A stretch of 33,030 bases of DNA from Octopus bimaculoides (taxonomy: Eukaryota), in NCBI RefSeq assembly GCF_001194135.2, contig NC_069000.1:22348645-22381674 (forward strand). The letters are read 5' to 3'. The notes below the pieces were generated by a model that was not told where the DNA came from, ran no database searches, and saw only the letters and a program-made list of their open reading frames with translations. Positions 10,960 through 22,273 of this stretch are shown piece by piece (position 1 is the first letter of the stretch; every line of letters starts with the position of its first letter). The translations under genes and the position numbers were made by a program.

Positions 10960-11457
10960 CTAAACAAAATAACAGACATCATCACTGGCTGTTGTTAGAG
11001 TCTTGGTTCTGCAGGAGTAGACGAGTGGAATACACATCTAAAACAAAAATTTTAAATTGGACATTAATTGAACCCCACTAGAACTATTTGGAATTGCTGA
11101 AGGGAGTAGAACAATTCTGCTTGATCCTGATCCAGCAGACAATCCAGCAGTGGCAGTCCCTTTTTGTTTCTGGACATAGTGTATCTAAGACTATATTATT
11201 CAAATTATTCATGTGTACGTTTTTTTAAAGACAATACAGTATAATTTGAAGAGGATTTGGTTTTTATTTCTAGCTGGTCAAGGGACCCAATGCAAGTGAT
11301 AGTATATTTAATGCAGCTTTGGGTTTATTGTCACCCTTTTAAAATTTCCATTGCTACTATGAAGTAATCTAGACCCAGGTCAGTCTTGATCGAGCAGACC
11401 TATGACCAAAGGTTTCTAACCATGACCACCCATCTTCATTTCAAATAGAATATTTAC

Positions 11458-11625
11458 AGGCACAGGCAAGGCTATATAGTTAAGGAGCTCATTATACAAC
11501 CACATGGTTTTAGGTTCAGTCTTACTGTACAGCACTTTGGGCAAGTGTCTTCTACTATCACCCAGACTGATCAATGCCTTATGAGCAGATTTGGTAGGTC
11601 GAAACAGTGTTGAAGCCTGCCATGT
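11458..11625 (+). mobile_element. tRNA-head SINE fragment
   Basis: CAACCACATGGTTTTAGGTTCAGTC..CTTTGGGCAAGTGTCTTCTACTAT..GATTTGGTAG. Confidence 0.7.
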
Positions 11626-11689
11626 GTGTATATATGTGTATGTGTGTGTATGTGAGCACGTGTGCGTGTGTCTGCATCTTTGTGTTTGT

Positions 11690-12060
11690 TCCTCTCCACT
11701 GATCACTGGTTTTTGAACTTCTTTGGCCTCAGAAAAGACCTGTGACATCATTCCATGGACAGAACCTTTGTTGATATATCATAAAAGATATGCCCATGTT
11801 TTGTACCCTATCACCAGATTGCAAAAAAAAAAAAAAAAAGTGTGTCTTTGTTGGCTTCAAACTCGAGAGGACCACTCTTCTCTCTTTCAAATTGGGTGTC
11901 AACTGCTGAGGTACCCACTTTGTAACACTTTCCGATGCCCAAAGTCTTCCACCATTTTTGGTAATGCATTGTGACCATATAGTTCAATTGTGCAGCGGGT
12001 TCATGGATTGTGATGCATCTGCTTACATGAATCAAAGCATCCACTTGCTGTTGATTTGAA
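11690..12060 (-). mobile_element. Mariner (DD34D-type) transposase fragment, decayed
   Basis: Across frameshifts: QVDALIHVSRCITIHEPAAQLN (HTH), SVTKWVPQQLTPNLKERRV (WVP motif), VIGYKTWAY (~VTGDETW, first catalytic D region), STKVLSME*..RPKKFK. Confidence 0.8.
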
Positions 12061-12278
12061 CCAGTGGCTGAACCCTGGCTCTATCTGGCCAAAATATTCT
12101 ACATGCTTTATGTTCAAACTAGCCAGATCCAGCCTCTCACATCTACCCAACAATGTAATTCTAAAAATAAACAATCACATCATTGAAATCTCAAAGCTAT
12201 AAAATAATACAAGATTAATTCAAAGCAATATGAATAAACAAACATTACATTTGACAGAGTAATCTGAATGTTAAAGGG
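12060..12278 (-). mobile_element. piggyBac-type MITE (reverse copy)
   Basis: Reverse complement of the 8250-8428 family; ends AAAGGG|TTAA at 12279-12282. Confidence 0.7.
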
Positions 12279-12319
12279 TTAAACTTTATCCATCAGTGTA
12301 TACTGCTTTTGTCAACCAT

Positions 12320-12990
12320 TAGCACACTAAAGGCAAATCATGTCACTGTAAGAGTTTTCACCCCTGTAGCTGCAGGCACATTGCGTTGCATTGAGAGGGA
12401 AGAAAACTTGTATGGCAGCATAATTTGACTTCAGCATGCTAAAGGTTAATGATGTTATCTTTGGTGAAAGCTTTCTGTGGGTGCCAGACTGCCTACACTC
12501 ATCCTACATCAAAAACTCAATGACAATGCATTGCTTTGGAATCTTGGAATCTATTAGTTGCTTGCAATGATGAAGAACAGGAAGAAGAGCTGGTTTAGAG
12601 GAAAAGTTATTCTCTGAACATGTGTAGTTTGACAATACCCGCTATTTTTGCATAACTTTGAGTATAACTCCCATATTTTAACAATTTCGTATGATTCTCA
12701 GCTTATTGCATATCATCAATGAGTCTCAGTTGAGTTGTGTCATCTTCTGTACACCGGCCTCTAGTTCCAGTTTCATCAAATTTGCAAAAATAAGCAGAAT
12801 CGTATAATCTTTGAGAATAACTTTCAATTGATCCAGTTGGATGTGATAAAAATCTAACCTGATAAAAATCAGTTGATGTGATAAAAATCTAATCTTTTCA
12901 GCAATTATCAATTTCTTCTTGGAACAAATTGATGACATTATTGCAGAACTTATACTTCTAAAATTCATTGTGGCTACGTAGCTTTCTTCA
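12320..12990 (-). mobile_element. Ty3/Gypsy-type gag fragment, decayed
   Basis: FVPRRN/LIIAEKIRFLSHQ and GSIESYSQRLYDSAYFCKF resemble the gypsy capsid-like motif F.PKKNVI.ER..F..R.Q..GES...Y..RL..LA..C.F; a degenerate knuckle (..HF-ALVC after indels) follows near 12330. There is a small internal tandem duplication at about 12838-12895. Confidence 0.6.
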
Positions 12991-14676
12991 TAGCTTCAGA
13001 GTAAGGTAGGATAGAAAAAGATGATATTTCTGGGACAAAATCTAAGTGTTTACTGATATCAATAAATCAGGTTGCCCTGAGGAATAAAAAAAGAGAGTCT
13101 GACAGAGAAACCAAGTAATGGCCAGCAAAAGTGAAAAGGTAAAAAATAGTTAAGAAATGAAAAAGAAGGTGATCACAGTAAATAAGAAATAATAGGCTGG
13201 AAGTGGTGATTGATGTGAGAGGTTGACAGGAGGCAAAGAATAGAGGAGAAAACAGTGATTGAAATGATGATCTTCATGATGTAATATCTATTATTCACAT
13301 CATACATCACCAATATCCCCATAATAATATACTCAACACATATCTTCATCATATTTATTAACAATATCCAGCATCATCATCAGCAGCATGTTTCTATTTG
13401 CATTGTTCGTCATTATCATCATATGATATCTATTGACAACATACAAAGTAGATAACAGAATTTACAAATTGATAATGTAACAGGGGTTAGACAATGATAC
13501 ATGATGATGATGATGATGATATGGAATACAGGTGATTACAACAGATAATGATTGAGATAGAAAAATTCCAATCAAGGCTATTAGCTAACAAAAAAAAAAT
13601 CAACATATATAAAATATATGTGCATGCATGTGTGTATGTATATACATATACAATATAAATGAATACATAAGTATAATTATATATTTACATATATGTGTGA
13701 GTGAACATATATATATATGTATATATATGTATATATATTTTACATCAATAAAGGAGGTGTGTGTAGAATATACTTTAATGCAAGTAACAGCTAAAAAGTG
13801 AGGGATGAATTAATACTTTTCAAGGATCTCCTCAGTTGCATGTCAAGAACGGATTGGTTGAGCAAACAAAAACCGCTCTGTGAATTTGTATAAAGTGCCA
13901 TGTGCACGTCATAATGGATTGTTGCCAACAATGATATTTATTCCAGAACCAACCAATTTAATCTCAATATGAGGAGAAGTGAGAGGAGGAGGAGGGTAAA
14001 AAGAAAAGAAAAAAGAGAAGTGTAAAAAAGAAGAGAGGAGGAGGAGTATAAGAAAAAAAATTGGAAAAGAAAAATAAAAGACAAAAAAACGCTGATAAAC
14101 AAAACAAAAAAAAACTCCCTCAAAAAGCAGGTGGAAGCTGTTTGCATGCACAACTCAATCTTTGAATATACCAAGTAATTAAACAAAAGAGATATAAACA
14201 AATAAATGTCATTGTTATTTTCAATTCAATAAAAAAGCACATAAATAAATGAAATAAAGAAATGAAGCAAGTAAGGAAAGAAAAGAAAAGGAGGAAGCAG
14301 GCCAACAAACACAATACATTCAGTGTTCAAGAGGGTATATTTAAAAAAAAAAAAATACATATAAAAGCGGGGGGGGGGGAGTCATGGACCATAACCATGA
14401 GACTTGCTTGAACTACTGTTGCCTCCTGGCAGTGATCAATAGTGAGTTACAAATGAAATTATATAATATTAGAGAAACATTTGTGTTTGACAGCAGTAAG
14501 AGGGGAAAAGATACAAAAGCATGATGCTGAATGGTAGTTTAACCTGAACAGAGCAAAATACAACGGGCGATGTAGTTTACATACAAGTCTACCTTGATCC
14601 AACAGAACCAGGATCAAAGGTATGCCAGCCATGACCATCCTGTCTGTTAGGGATATCTTTACACTATATTGTCATT

Positions 14677-15067
14677 ACTCTTTTACTTGTTTCAGTCATT
14701 TGACTGCGGCCATGCTGGAGCACGGCCTTTAGTCGAGAAAATCGACCCCAGGACTTATTCTTTGTAAGCCTAGTACTTATTCTATCGGTCTCTTTTTGCC
14801 GAACTGCTAAGTTACGGGGACGTAAACATACCAGCATCGGTTGTCAAGCAATGGTGGGGGGCAAACACAGACACACAAACATACATATATATACATATAT
14901 ACGACAGGCTTCTTTCAGTTTCCGTCTACCAAATCCACTCACAAGGCTTTGGTCGGCCTGAGACTATAGCAGAAGACACTTGTCCAAGGTGCCATGCAAT
15001 GGGACTGAACCCGGAACCATGTGGTTGGTAAGCAAGCTACTTACCACACAGCCACTCCTACGCCTAT
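14677..15067 (-). mobile_element. Young, near-intact composite tRNA-head SINE
   Basis: Retains many CpGs. The minus strand reads head GGCTGTGTGGTAAGTAGCTTGCTTACCAACCACATGGTTCCGGGTTCAGTCCC through tail CAGTCAAATGACTGAAACAAGTAAAAGAGT. Confidence 0.9.
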
Positions 15068-15279
15068 TAGTTTATATGTTTTTTATTTTCAAGATATCAA
15101 ATGTGAACTGAGAGAAATTTTGCTGCAATTTCCACCACATAAAGGCTCCTTTGGCAGCATAAGTAGTGGAAAGTTTGAAGAGGAAATAAAGGCTATGGGC
15201 TGGGTTTAATCAAGTGAAGGAACAAGGGGTTAAACATAGCAGCATAAAGACGAAAATGTAACGCTGTGAATCATCATCA

Positions 15280-15755
15280 CTGTCATTGTAACATCCACTT
15301 TTCCATGCTCACATGAGTTGGACGGAGTTTATAATTGAAGGAGGCTTCTTTTTATGGTTTGATGCCCTTCCTGACACCATCTTTCTCTTGTTTCAAAGTA
15401 AAGCAATACATCCCCATGGCCAGACATGTTTTCAGGGAATACTGGAAATGAATAGTGTTTATTTACAACAATCATGCAATAACAAGACAATGAGACACAA
15501 ACATACACTCATTTACACACACATATATTTTATCTTGATTTGTTTCTGTCACACTGCAGTCATGCTGGGGCACAACCTTCATAAATGAATTGATCCCTGC
15601 ACTTCTTTCTTTTTTTTTTTTATAAGCTTGGTACTTATTCTATTGATTTCTTTTGCCAAACCCTGAAGTTACATGAACGTAAACACACCAACATTGGTTG
15701 TCAAGTGGTGGTGGAGGACAAACACAGACACAATGACATGCACACACACATATCA
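15280..15755 (-). mobile_element. SINE modules (RTE-type tail and B-tail), reverse
   Basis: ATCATCATC..TAACATCCACTTTTCCATGC..TGATGCCCTTCCTGAC and CACCAACATTGGTTGTCAAG..GACAAACACAGAC motifs. Confidence 0.65.
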
Positions 15756-15769
15756 AAATATATATATAC

Positions 15770-16610
15770 ATATAGGAAAATAAAAGATAATAATAATAAG
15801 GCAGAATGCTAAACTGAAAGCATATTTTAATATAAATGTGCATAAGGAGGATTAAAAAGGACTTCTAACCGACTTTCATTGCATGGCAAATTTTCAAGAA
15901 GAGGGGAAATGAAAATAATTTTTTTTACAAAAATATATAAAAAAATAAATATACCAATACATTATATTGTCTTTGAGTTTTTAAAGTTCAATGGTAATCC
16001 ATGTAGATAATTGTTAGATAGATTAAGATGCATGGAATTAAGAATCATGTTGTGTTTAAAAAAGGCTGAGAGTTTGTGTTAAACAGGAAGTGTGGTGTCA
16101 AAACAGGAAGTACGTGTAAGGGAAGACAATTCTGTGGATTTTATACTCTTTAGTTGGAGTATATATATCACATATATATCAATATATATATATATATATA
16201 GGAAAATAAAAGATAATAATAATAATAAGGCAGAATGCTAAACTGAAAGCATATTTTACTATAGATGTGCATAAGGAGGACTAAAAAGGATTTTTTCAAG
16301 AAGAGGGGAAATGAAAATAATGTTTTTTTACAAAAATATATAAAAAAATAAATATACCAATACATTATATTGTCTTTGAGTTTTTAAAGTCCAATGGTAA
16401 TCCATGTAGATAATTGTTTGATAGATTAGGATGCATGGAATTAAGAATCGTGTTGTGTTTAAAAAAGGCTGAGAGTTTGTGTTAAACAGGAAGTGTGGTG
16501 TTAAACAGGAAGTGTGGTGTCAAAACAGGAAGTGTGGTGTCAAAACAGGAAGTGTGTGTGTGTGTAAGGGAAGACAATTCTGTGGATTTTATACTCTTTA
16601 GTTGGAGTTC
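15770..16610 (-). repeat. Tandem ~400-bp direct repeat (15770-16159 and 16195-16607), interpreted as PLE pseudo-LTRs
   Basis: Two highly similar copies lie directly downstream (minus sense) of a PLE GIY-YIG C-terminus. Copy 1 has a degenerate hammerhead at 15862-15901 that is deleted in copy 2. Confidence 0.8.
15862..15901 (-). ncRNA. Degenerate hammerhead ribozyme in the distal PLE pseudo-LTR copy
   Basis: Minus strand CTTC-TTGAAAA-TTTGC-CAT-GCAA-T-GAAA-GTCGGTT-A-GAAG: stem I CTTC/GAAG, stem II TTGC/GCAA, core CTGANGA altered to TTGAAAA. Confidence 0.55.
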
Positions 16611-16707
16611 TGGACTCTTTGTCAACAGGAAGTTTATGTCTGTTCTTAGAGAAACAAGAAGTAAATTTATATGTATTTCAATGGGTAGGCGAGAGAAAGG
16701 AATATGG

Positions 16708-16872
16708 TCACCGAGGGGTTTGTATGTTAAGAAGCGTGTGGAATTTCTCTATAAAAAGATTCTCCTTGTTGATTCTTTCTTGTGTAGAGATTCTATCTTT
16801 ACATTGATAGAAAGGGAATATAAGGAATTTAGGGTTTTTATTTTTGGCACAAGAGTCTATGTGGCCACTGAG
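16708..16872 (-). mobile_element. Penelope-like element GIY-YIG endonuclease C-terminus
   Basis: Open 55-codon frame LSGHIDSCAKNKNPKFLIFPFYQCKDRISTQERINKENLFIEKFHTLLNIQTPR*, typical of PLE ends (IFPFY..R..KE..FI.KF...LN). Cut at its 5' side by a SINE at 16873. Confidence 0.75.
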
Positions 16873-17045
16873 TGGAATTTATAGCAGATGGGCTTTTTCA
16901 ATTTCTGTCTACCAAATCCAGTTACAAAGCTTTGGTCAACCCAAGGTTACAGTAGAAGACATTTGCCCAAGGTGCCATGCAGTGGGACTGAACTCAGAAT
17001 CATGAGCTTGGGAAGTAAATTTCCTAACCACACAGTCATACCCCT
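16873..17045 (-). mobile_element. tRNA-head SINE fragment
   Basis: TTTCTGTCTACCAAATCC..GACATTTGCCCAAGGTGCCATGCAGTGGGACTGAAC. Confidence 0.75.
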
Positions 17046-17329
17046 ACGAATGCTTGACTTTTGGTTGTTGTAAACTGTTTGACAATTCTTAGAGAAGATG
17101 GTACCCTCCACTCATTTTGTCCTTTTACTGCTTCCAGTCATTGGGTGTGGTCATGCTAGGACACCACAGTTTTAGTTGACCTACTCATTTCAATCTAGCT
17201 TCTTAATTTATTGATCTAACTGTTATTTTGAAATAAAGGCACAGGCAATCACATGTCAGGCTAAGTGAGTCATAGTGATTGCCTGTATCACGGCACATAA
17301 AAGGCGCCAGTGCTGGCAACATGTAAAAA

Positions 17330-17480
17330 ACAACCAGTACACTCTGTAAAACGGTTGGTGTTAGGAAGGGCATCCAACCACAGAAAGCAAGCTAAAACAG
17401 ACAACTGCAGTTCTCTGGCTTACTGGTCTAATCAAACCACCTAACCCATGCCAGCATGGAAAACAGACATACGACACAAT
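17330..17480 (+). mobile_element. RTE-type 3' tail module
   Basis: GGTTGGTGTTAGGAAGGGCATCCAACC..AACCCATGCCAGCATGGAAAACAGAC. Confidence 0.6.
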
Positions 17481-17859
17481 TTGATACACAGGTATTCATT
17501 ATAAAACATACACGTAGCTCAAATGCTCTTAGCTGGTAGTTCAAAGGGATATCTATTGATCTACACACATACACACACAGATCCAAAAGACAGCTTGCAA
17601 GAGGTGAGTGCTGCTAGTGGCAATGACATCAATCTTACTATATGCTCCATCACTCACTACAAATTCAAGCAGACAATCCAATGAAAAAGCCTCTCTCTAT
17701 GTGGTTGTCCAACACGCTAGAAATATCCAAATGTCCTTCAGATCTCACCCATCTTAGAAAATGACACTTTAAGATACTATGCATAGAAAAATGAAGGGAT
17801 ACTTATGACTGGAACACTTTTAATTATAGATCTGCTCAATACTGACCTGAAGTTAAACT

Positions 17860-18065
17860 ATCCTTTCTACTATAGGCACAAGGCCTGAAATTTTGGGGAC
17901 GGGTGAATGTCAATTACATCGACCTCAGTACTTAACTGCTACTTTTATTTCATCGACCCCAAAAGGATGAACAGTAAAGTCAAGCTTGGTGGAATTTGAA
18001 CTTAGAATGTGAAGACAGACGAAATACCACTGGTGTGCTAATGATTCTGCCAGCTCACTGCCTTC
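17860..18065 (-). mobile_element. Second tRNA-derived SINE family
   Basis: Minus strand GGCAGTGAGCTGGCAGAATCATTAGCAC..TTCTAAGTTCAAATTCC..GGGGTCGATGAAAT..GGCCTTGTGCCTATAGTAGAAAG. Confidence 0.7.
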
Positions 18066-18154
18066 CTGAAGTTAAACAATAACAACAGACTGGTGTAGAA
18101 GTTAGAAATAGTTCAGTTATTTACTAAAAATATATACGGGCATATTTCTGTAAA

Positions 18155-18485
18155 GGCACAGGGCTCAATGGCTAGTGTCGAGCTTACGATCGTGAGGTTG
18201 TGAGTTCAAATCCTGGACCTGGCTGTGTGTTGTGTTCTTGAACAAGACACTTTATTTCACGTTGCTCCAGTTCACTCAGCTGTAGAAATGAGTTGCAACG
18301 TCACTGGTGCCAAGCTGTATTGACCTTTGCCTTTCCCTTGGATAACACTGGTGGCATGGAGAGGGGAAACCGGCATGCATGGGCGACTGCTGGTCTTCCC
18401 TAAACAACATCGCCCGGACTTGTGCCTCGGAGGGTAACTTTCTAGGTGCAATCACATGGTCAGTCATGACCGAAGGGGGTCTCAG
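18155..18485 (+). mobile_element. Third tRNA-derived SINE family with conserved-core-like centre
   Basis: GGCTCAATGGCTAG..GAGTTCAAATCC head, then CAAGACACTTTATTTCACGTTGCTCCAGTTCACTCAGCTG core, related to 29005-29245. Confidence 0.7.
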
Positions 18486-18674
18486 CACATGGGCATATTT
18501 CTAGCTATTACAGCAAAACTTTCCTCATAATATATAAACTTCAATAAATTATTGATAATATGTGTATGACACTCGAGGACATCACTGAAACTGGAGTATT
18601 TTGGGGCTTTTTTTTTTTTATTAATCTAGCACCAAGTAGCCTTATGAACAACCAAGGACACAGAAGATATTTAC

Positions 18675-18735
18675 ATTGACAGATGTCACATTTTGGAAGA
18701 GGAATGTATTTGATATAATCAACCATGGTACCACT
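18675..18735 (-). CDS. Candidate 61-nt internal coding exon, product unknown
   Basis: Strong acceptor tttgcttttcctccag|, donor AAT|gtaaat. Open as (R)VVPWLIISNTFLFQNVTSVN (phase 2-0) or SGTMVDYIKYIPLPKCDICQ (phase 0-1). Confidence 0.3.
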
Positions 18736-19679
18736 CTGGAGGAAAAGCAAATTTAAACTCAGAAGAACACAAAGGAACATAACCAAAAAATTGTGAGGTA
18801 TTTTCTTCAGAGATCTACAGATTCTTCCATTTACTTTATTATTATTATTATTATTATTATACATGATAGCAATAATAATAAATAAATAAAAATGATAATA
18901 GTAAAATCTACTATAAATTAAAGAATCATGATTTTAGAGAAACTCAAGATTTGATATGTTAACCTGATGTGCATGTGTGTGTGCGTGTGTCTGTGAGTTC
19001 GAGTGTGTGTGTGTATGAATATGAACAAAGCTACTTATGATCTATTGGATGTATAGCGTGATCTCAGAGATGTACTCCATGTCAGATAAGAAGGTTAGGA
19101 CATGCAAGATACACTGTATGGTACTGATGCAAACATACAATGGGAGTGGGATGGGGTGCTGACTGCCAATGTGTGCACTGAATACCAGACACACAAGATG
19201 ATGATGATGATGATGATGATAATACTGCATTGCCTAAAACACATAAAAACAACAAATATTTTATACAGCTTATGAAATACGATATCCATGTTTCATTTAA
19301 TTTTTTTTTTTTTTAATAATCAAAAATTTGAAAGGGTTTACAAACTTCCCATTATTAAACTGATGTTTGGAAAACAATGAAATGTCTTTATTAAAAGTTG
19401 GTGCTTGGAAGATAACTTCAGAAAAAAGTTCTTGAAGAAAATTATGATAGAAGGATGAGATTTAAGTGTAATCACTTTAAACCAGCTTTGTATCACAGAA
19501 GCAAGGGTGATCACAAACAGATTGTTTTCAAAAGGGGTCAAAGGGGTTCAAAGAAAAATCACAAAAGGAATTCTATACCATCATCTCAAAATTATATCTC
19601 AGCCCCTATAAAAGAAAAACAACAACATGAACTAATAGTAATATCAATGTGACCACCACAAGATCATGTCATTGTTGTG

Positions 19680-19870
19680 GTGAGGTAGTTTGGACCCTGA
19701 GAGTTATGCCAGTAGATGGCAAGTTCCTAGTAGGGCCTCCTTTTCTGAACAGGTCAAAGGATAGGGGCCAAACTAATACTGACTACCTCTTCCCAGAGAT
19801 AAAAATGGATTTGTGTAGGGCCCTATCGAGAGAAAAACAAAATTACAGAAGCACCAATGATGATTCAAAA
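19680..19870 (+). mobile_element. Possible RTE-like LINE 5' UTR remnant
   Basis: GGATAGGGGCCAAACTAA..GGATTTGTGTAGGGCCCTATC..AAAAACAAAATTACAGAAGC recalls RTE 5' leaders. Recognition only; no ORF seen. Confidence 0.3.
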
Positions 19871-21129
19871 CCAACAGCTGCTTTTGTGTCTCCAAGCAAC
19901 CCAACGGTGTGTCAATTTTGAAGAATTCTAGATTCTTGAGATTATCTCCCCTTCTCATTTTGAGTTAGGAGGATATGCCACCAAACAATTGTTTTAGCTT
20001 CTCTGGAAGCACAGATAATTTAGATAAATCAAGAGTCTTGTAGGGTATTTAATACACCTTCATTGTTCAAACGCACTATGACTTATTTTGCTTCACTCAC
20101 GTTTTATTTAAATTATAGAAATTACCTAAGCCACATAAGTGTTCTGTGCTTTTTTGTATATATCATCTAAGCATCTTATCTGCAGGAGACAAGGTACAAT
20201 AACTGCTTTGCTGGTGACACCTACTGAGGAAGAAGCAAGTGTCCACAGCTGTCCTCTCGTCTCCAGACCACCAGATTGTCCTTTCCTTACTGGAATGTCA
20301 ATTTTGGAGAATTTCTGATTCTTTAAATTATCTTTCCTTCTCATTTGGAGTTGGTCCCAATAGCCATCAAGCAGCCGTCTTCACCTTTCTTGGAAGATAA
20401 TTTAATAAATCAAGAATTTATCTTAAATAGTATTTAGTATACCTTTATTTATCTCAGTGGTACTAACTCTTTCCCTCGGGAACTCACACACACATCAAAT
20501 CTAACAAATAGAACAAGAGAAACCCAGTTGGTTGTTTTCATAATATACTTAAGGCAATTTCAATAAAAACCAATGAAATTATAAACTGAGAAGAAAAGGA
20601 GGATGTAAATAATAAGATCCTTTTCTCCGTGCCCAGAAATGAGAGGGTTGTGTCCAACAGTACCAAACTTATGGACATGCTTTAGTTACTATAGTGGAAT
20701 GAGTAGAAGGGGCTTGGTAAGGGGATGGTAGAAAAGTTGGGGAGCTGAACAAACAGCTGACAAAACAAAAATCAATATCACCTTCAACTGCACCCCACTT
20801 TCTGTCATCCTACCCTCTGTTTTTACTACAACCACCACCCTTATACTAAATACAGCACAATGTCAAACTAAGGGTGTGGGATGAGGAAGGTAACTATTGG
20901 CCATGAACAGCAAGGTGGATGGGTAGAATACTAGTTTCTCCAGAGCACGAGTGCTTTTTACATGGCACTAGCATGAATTGATATTCATGTATCTGCAAGT
21001 AATGTGTGTGTCAGTCCAGCCCTGGTTTAATAAACACCAGATGAGGGCTAACATTTCCTAATACATCATTTCAGGTAGTTTTGAGGAATTTGGCTGTTAT
21101 GTAATCACACATGAGCTTCTCTTGGATTA

Positions 21130-21260
21130 TTTTCCCCTTCTCTCTAGACATTTCCTCTCTCTTCTTTCTGATGAGGAGTCATGCTCAAAACGTTACACCT
21201 CCCACCTCTCTCTTCCATCCTAAACAGAGTGTTACACACCCACTCATTTTTTGACCTGAA
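21130..21260 (+). mobile_element. Solo PLE pseudo-LTR fragment with minimal hammerhead motif
   Basis: CTTT-CTGATGA-G-GAGTCATGCT-C-AAAAC-GTTA at 21164-21195 (GAAAC mutated to AAAAC). Confidence 0.6.
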
Positions 21261-21344
21261 CCTGAGTGTTAACCTAATACATTCACTGTGTACGTCCTTT
21301 TGATATTTGTGGGTTTTTGCTTTATTTTTATTTTCGATTTGCCA

Positions 21345-22200
21345 ATGTGGCTGTGTGGTAAGAAGCTTACTTCCCAATCACATGGTTGCAGGTTCAATCC
21401 TGCTGCATGACACCTTGGGCAAGTGTCTTCTTCTATAGTCTCGGATTGACCTGTCTTATGAGTGGATTTTGTAGACAGAAACTGAAAGAATATATATATA
21501 CAGGGTGTGATGGGTAAATTGTCACCATTTTATATTTTTAATTTCATGCATGTGTATTGTTTGCTTTCGATTTTGTTGACTACACAGTATAGTATGGTCA
21601 GTTGGGAACTGTCTGTGAGAAAAACAGCACCATGAAACAATTCACTCTGCCAGAAATTTGGAAGCGACATGTTGCACTGATTAGCATTCATGCCGGAAGC
21701 TCCAATACAAACATTTTAAGGTGTTTGGGTGTCAATCTGAGGACGGCGCAGATTTATGGTAGCATTCACCAACTTAAACAAGGGAACAGTCCAGAAGAGC
21801 TGCAGGAGATTCCGGAATCATCTGGAGGCCATGGTTGAAGCCAATGGCAAATTCATTGAATAAATTCACTCTTTAGTATTTCAAGATATTTCTATGTAAT
21901 TTTAGTAAATATATCTGTTAAAATGAGATGTCAGTGTTATTCTCATTTTTGCATAATTTAGATGACAATTTATTCACTGCAACCTGTATATATATGCGTG
22001 TGTGTGTGTTTGTCCCCACATTACCGCTTGACAACTGGTGTGGTTTACATCCCCGTAACTTAGTAGTTCAGCAAAAGTGTCCAATAGAATAAGTACTAGG
22101 CTTTAAAAAAATAAGTCCTGGAGTTGATTTGTTTGACATAAAAACCCTTCAAGGAGGTGCTCCAGTATGGTTGCAGTCAAATGACTGAAACAAATAAAAG
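21345..22200 (+). mobile_element. Composite tRNA-head SINE split by a maT-type insertion in its (TA)n tract
   Basis: Head and body at 21345-21490; (TG)n and B tail at 21987-22200 ending CAGTCAAATGACTGAAACAAATAAAAG. Confidence 0.85.
21501..21986 (+). mobile_element. Non-autonomous maT/DD37D-type deletion derivative
   Basis: TA|CAGGGTGTGATGGGTAAATTGTCACC ... GATGACAATTTATTCACTGCAACCTG|TA. Retains N-terminal MKQFTLPEIWKRHVALISIHAGSSNTNILRCLGVNLRT fused to C-terminal KSCRRFRNHLEAMVEANGKFIE*. Confidence 0.85.
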
Positions 22201-22231
22201 TGTATATATATATATATATATNNNNNNNNNN

Positions 22232-22273
<42 letters not shown>

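Noticed and set aside
10540-11180. Additional exon-like frames (EEFEGSVAVTSVRS; NKKGLPLLDCLLDQDQAELFYSL; DVYSTRLLLQNQ)
   Set aside because: Several frames on both strands are open, the splice sites are weak or the implied introns are too short, and no strand could be chosen.
12340-12600. Protein-like minus frames (ALLPVLHHCKQLIDSKIPKQ.., SMLKSNYAAIQVFF..) as host exons
   Set aside because: They fall within the decayed gypsy gag linker/knuckle region.
13810-15209. Unique stretches with open frames (e.g. DIKCELREILLQFPPHKGSFG.. at about 15093-15209)
   Set aside because: No recognisable homology, and both strands are open; not supportable without expression data.
16083-16560. 19-20-bp repeats as a CRISPR array
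   Set aside because: The repeats are contiguous with no unique spacers, in a eukaryotic transposon context.
16495-16884. 129-aa plus-strand ORF
   Set aside because: It is the antisense of a PLE end plus a minisatellite.
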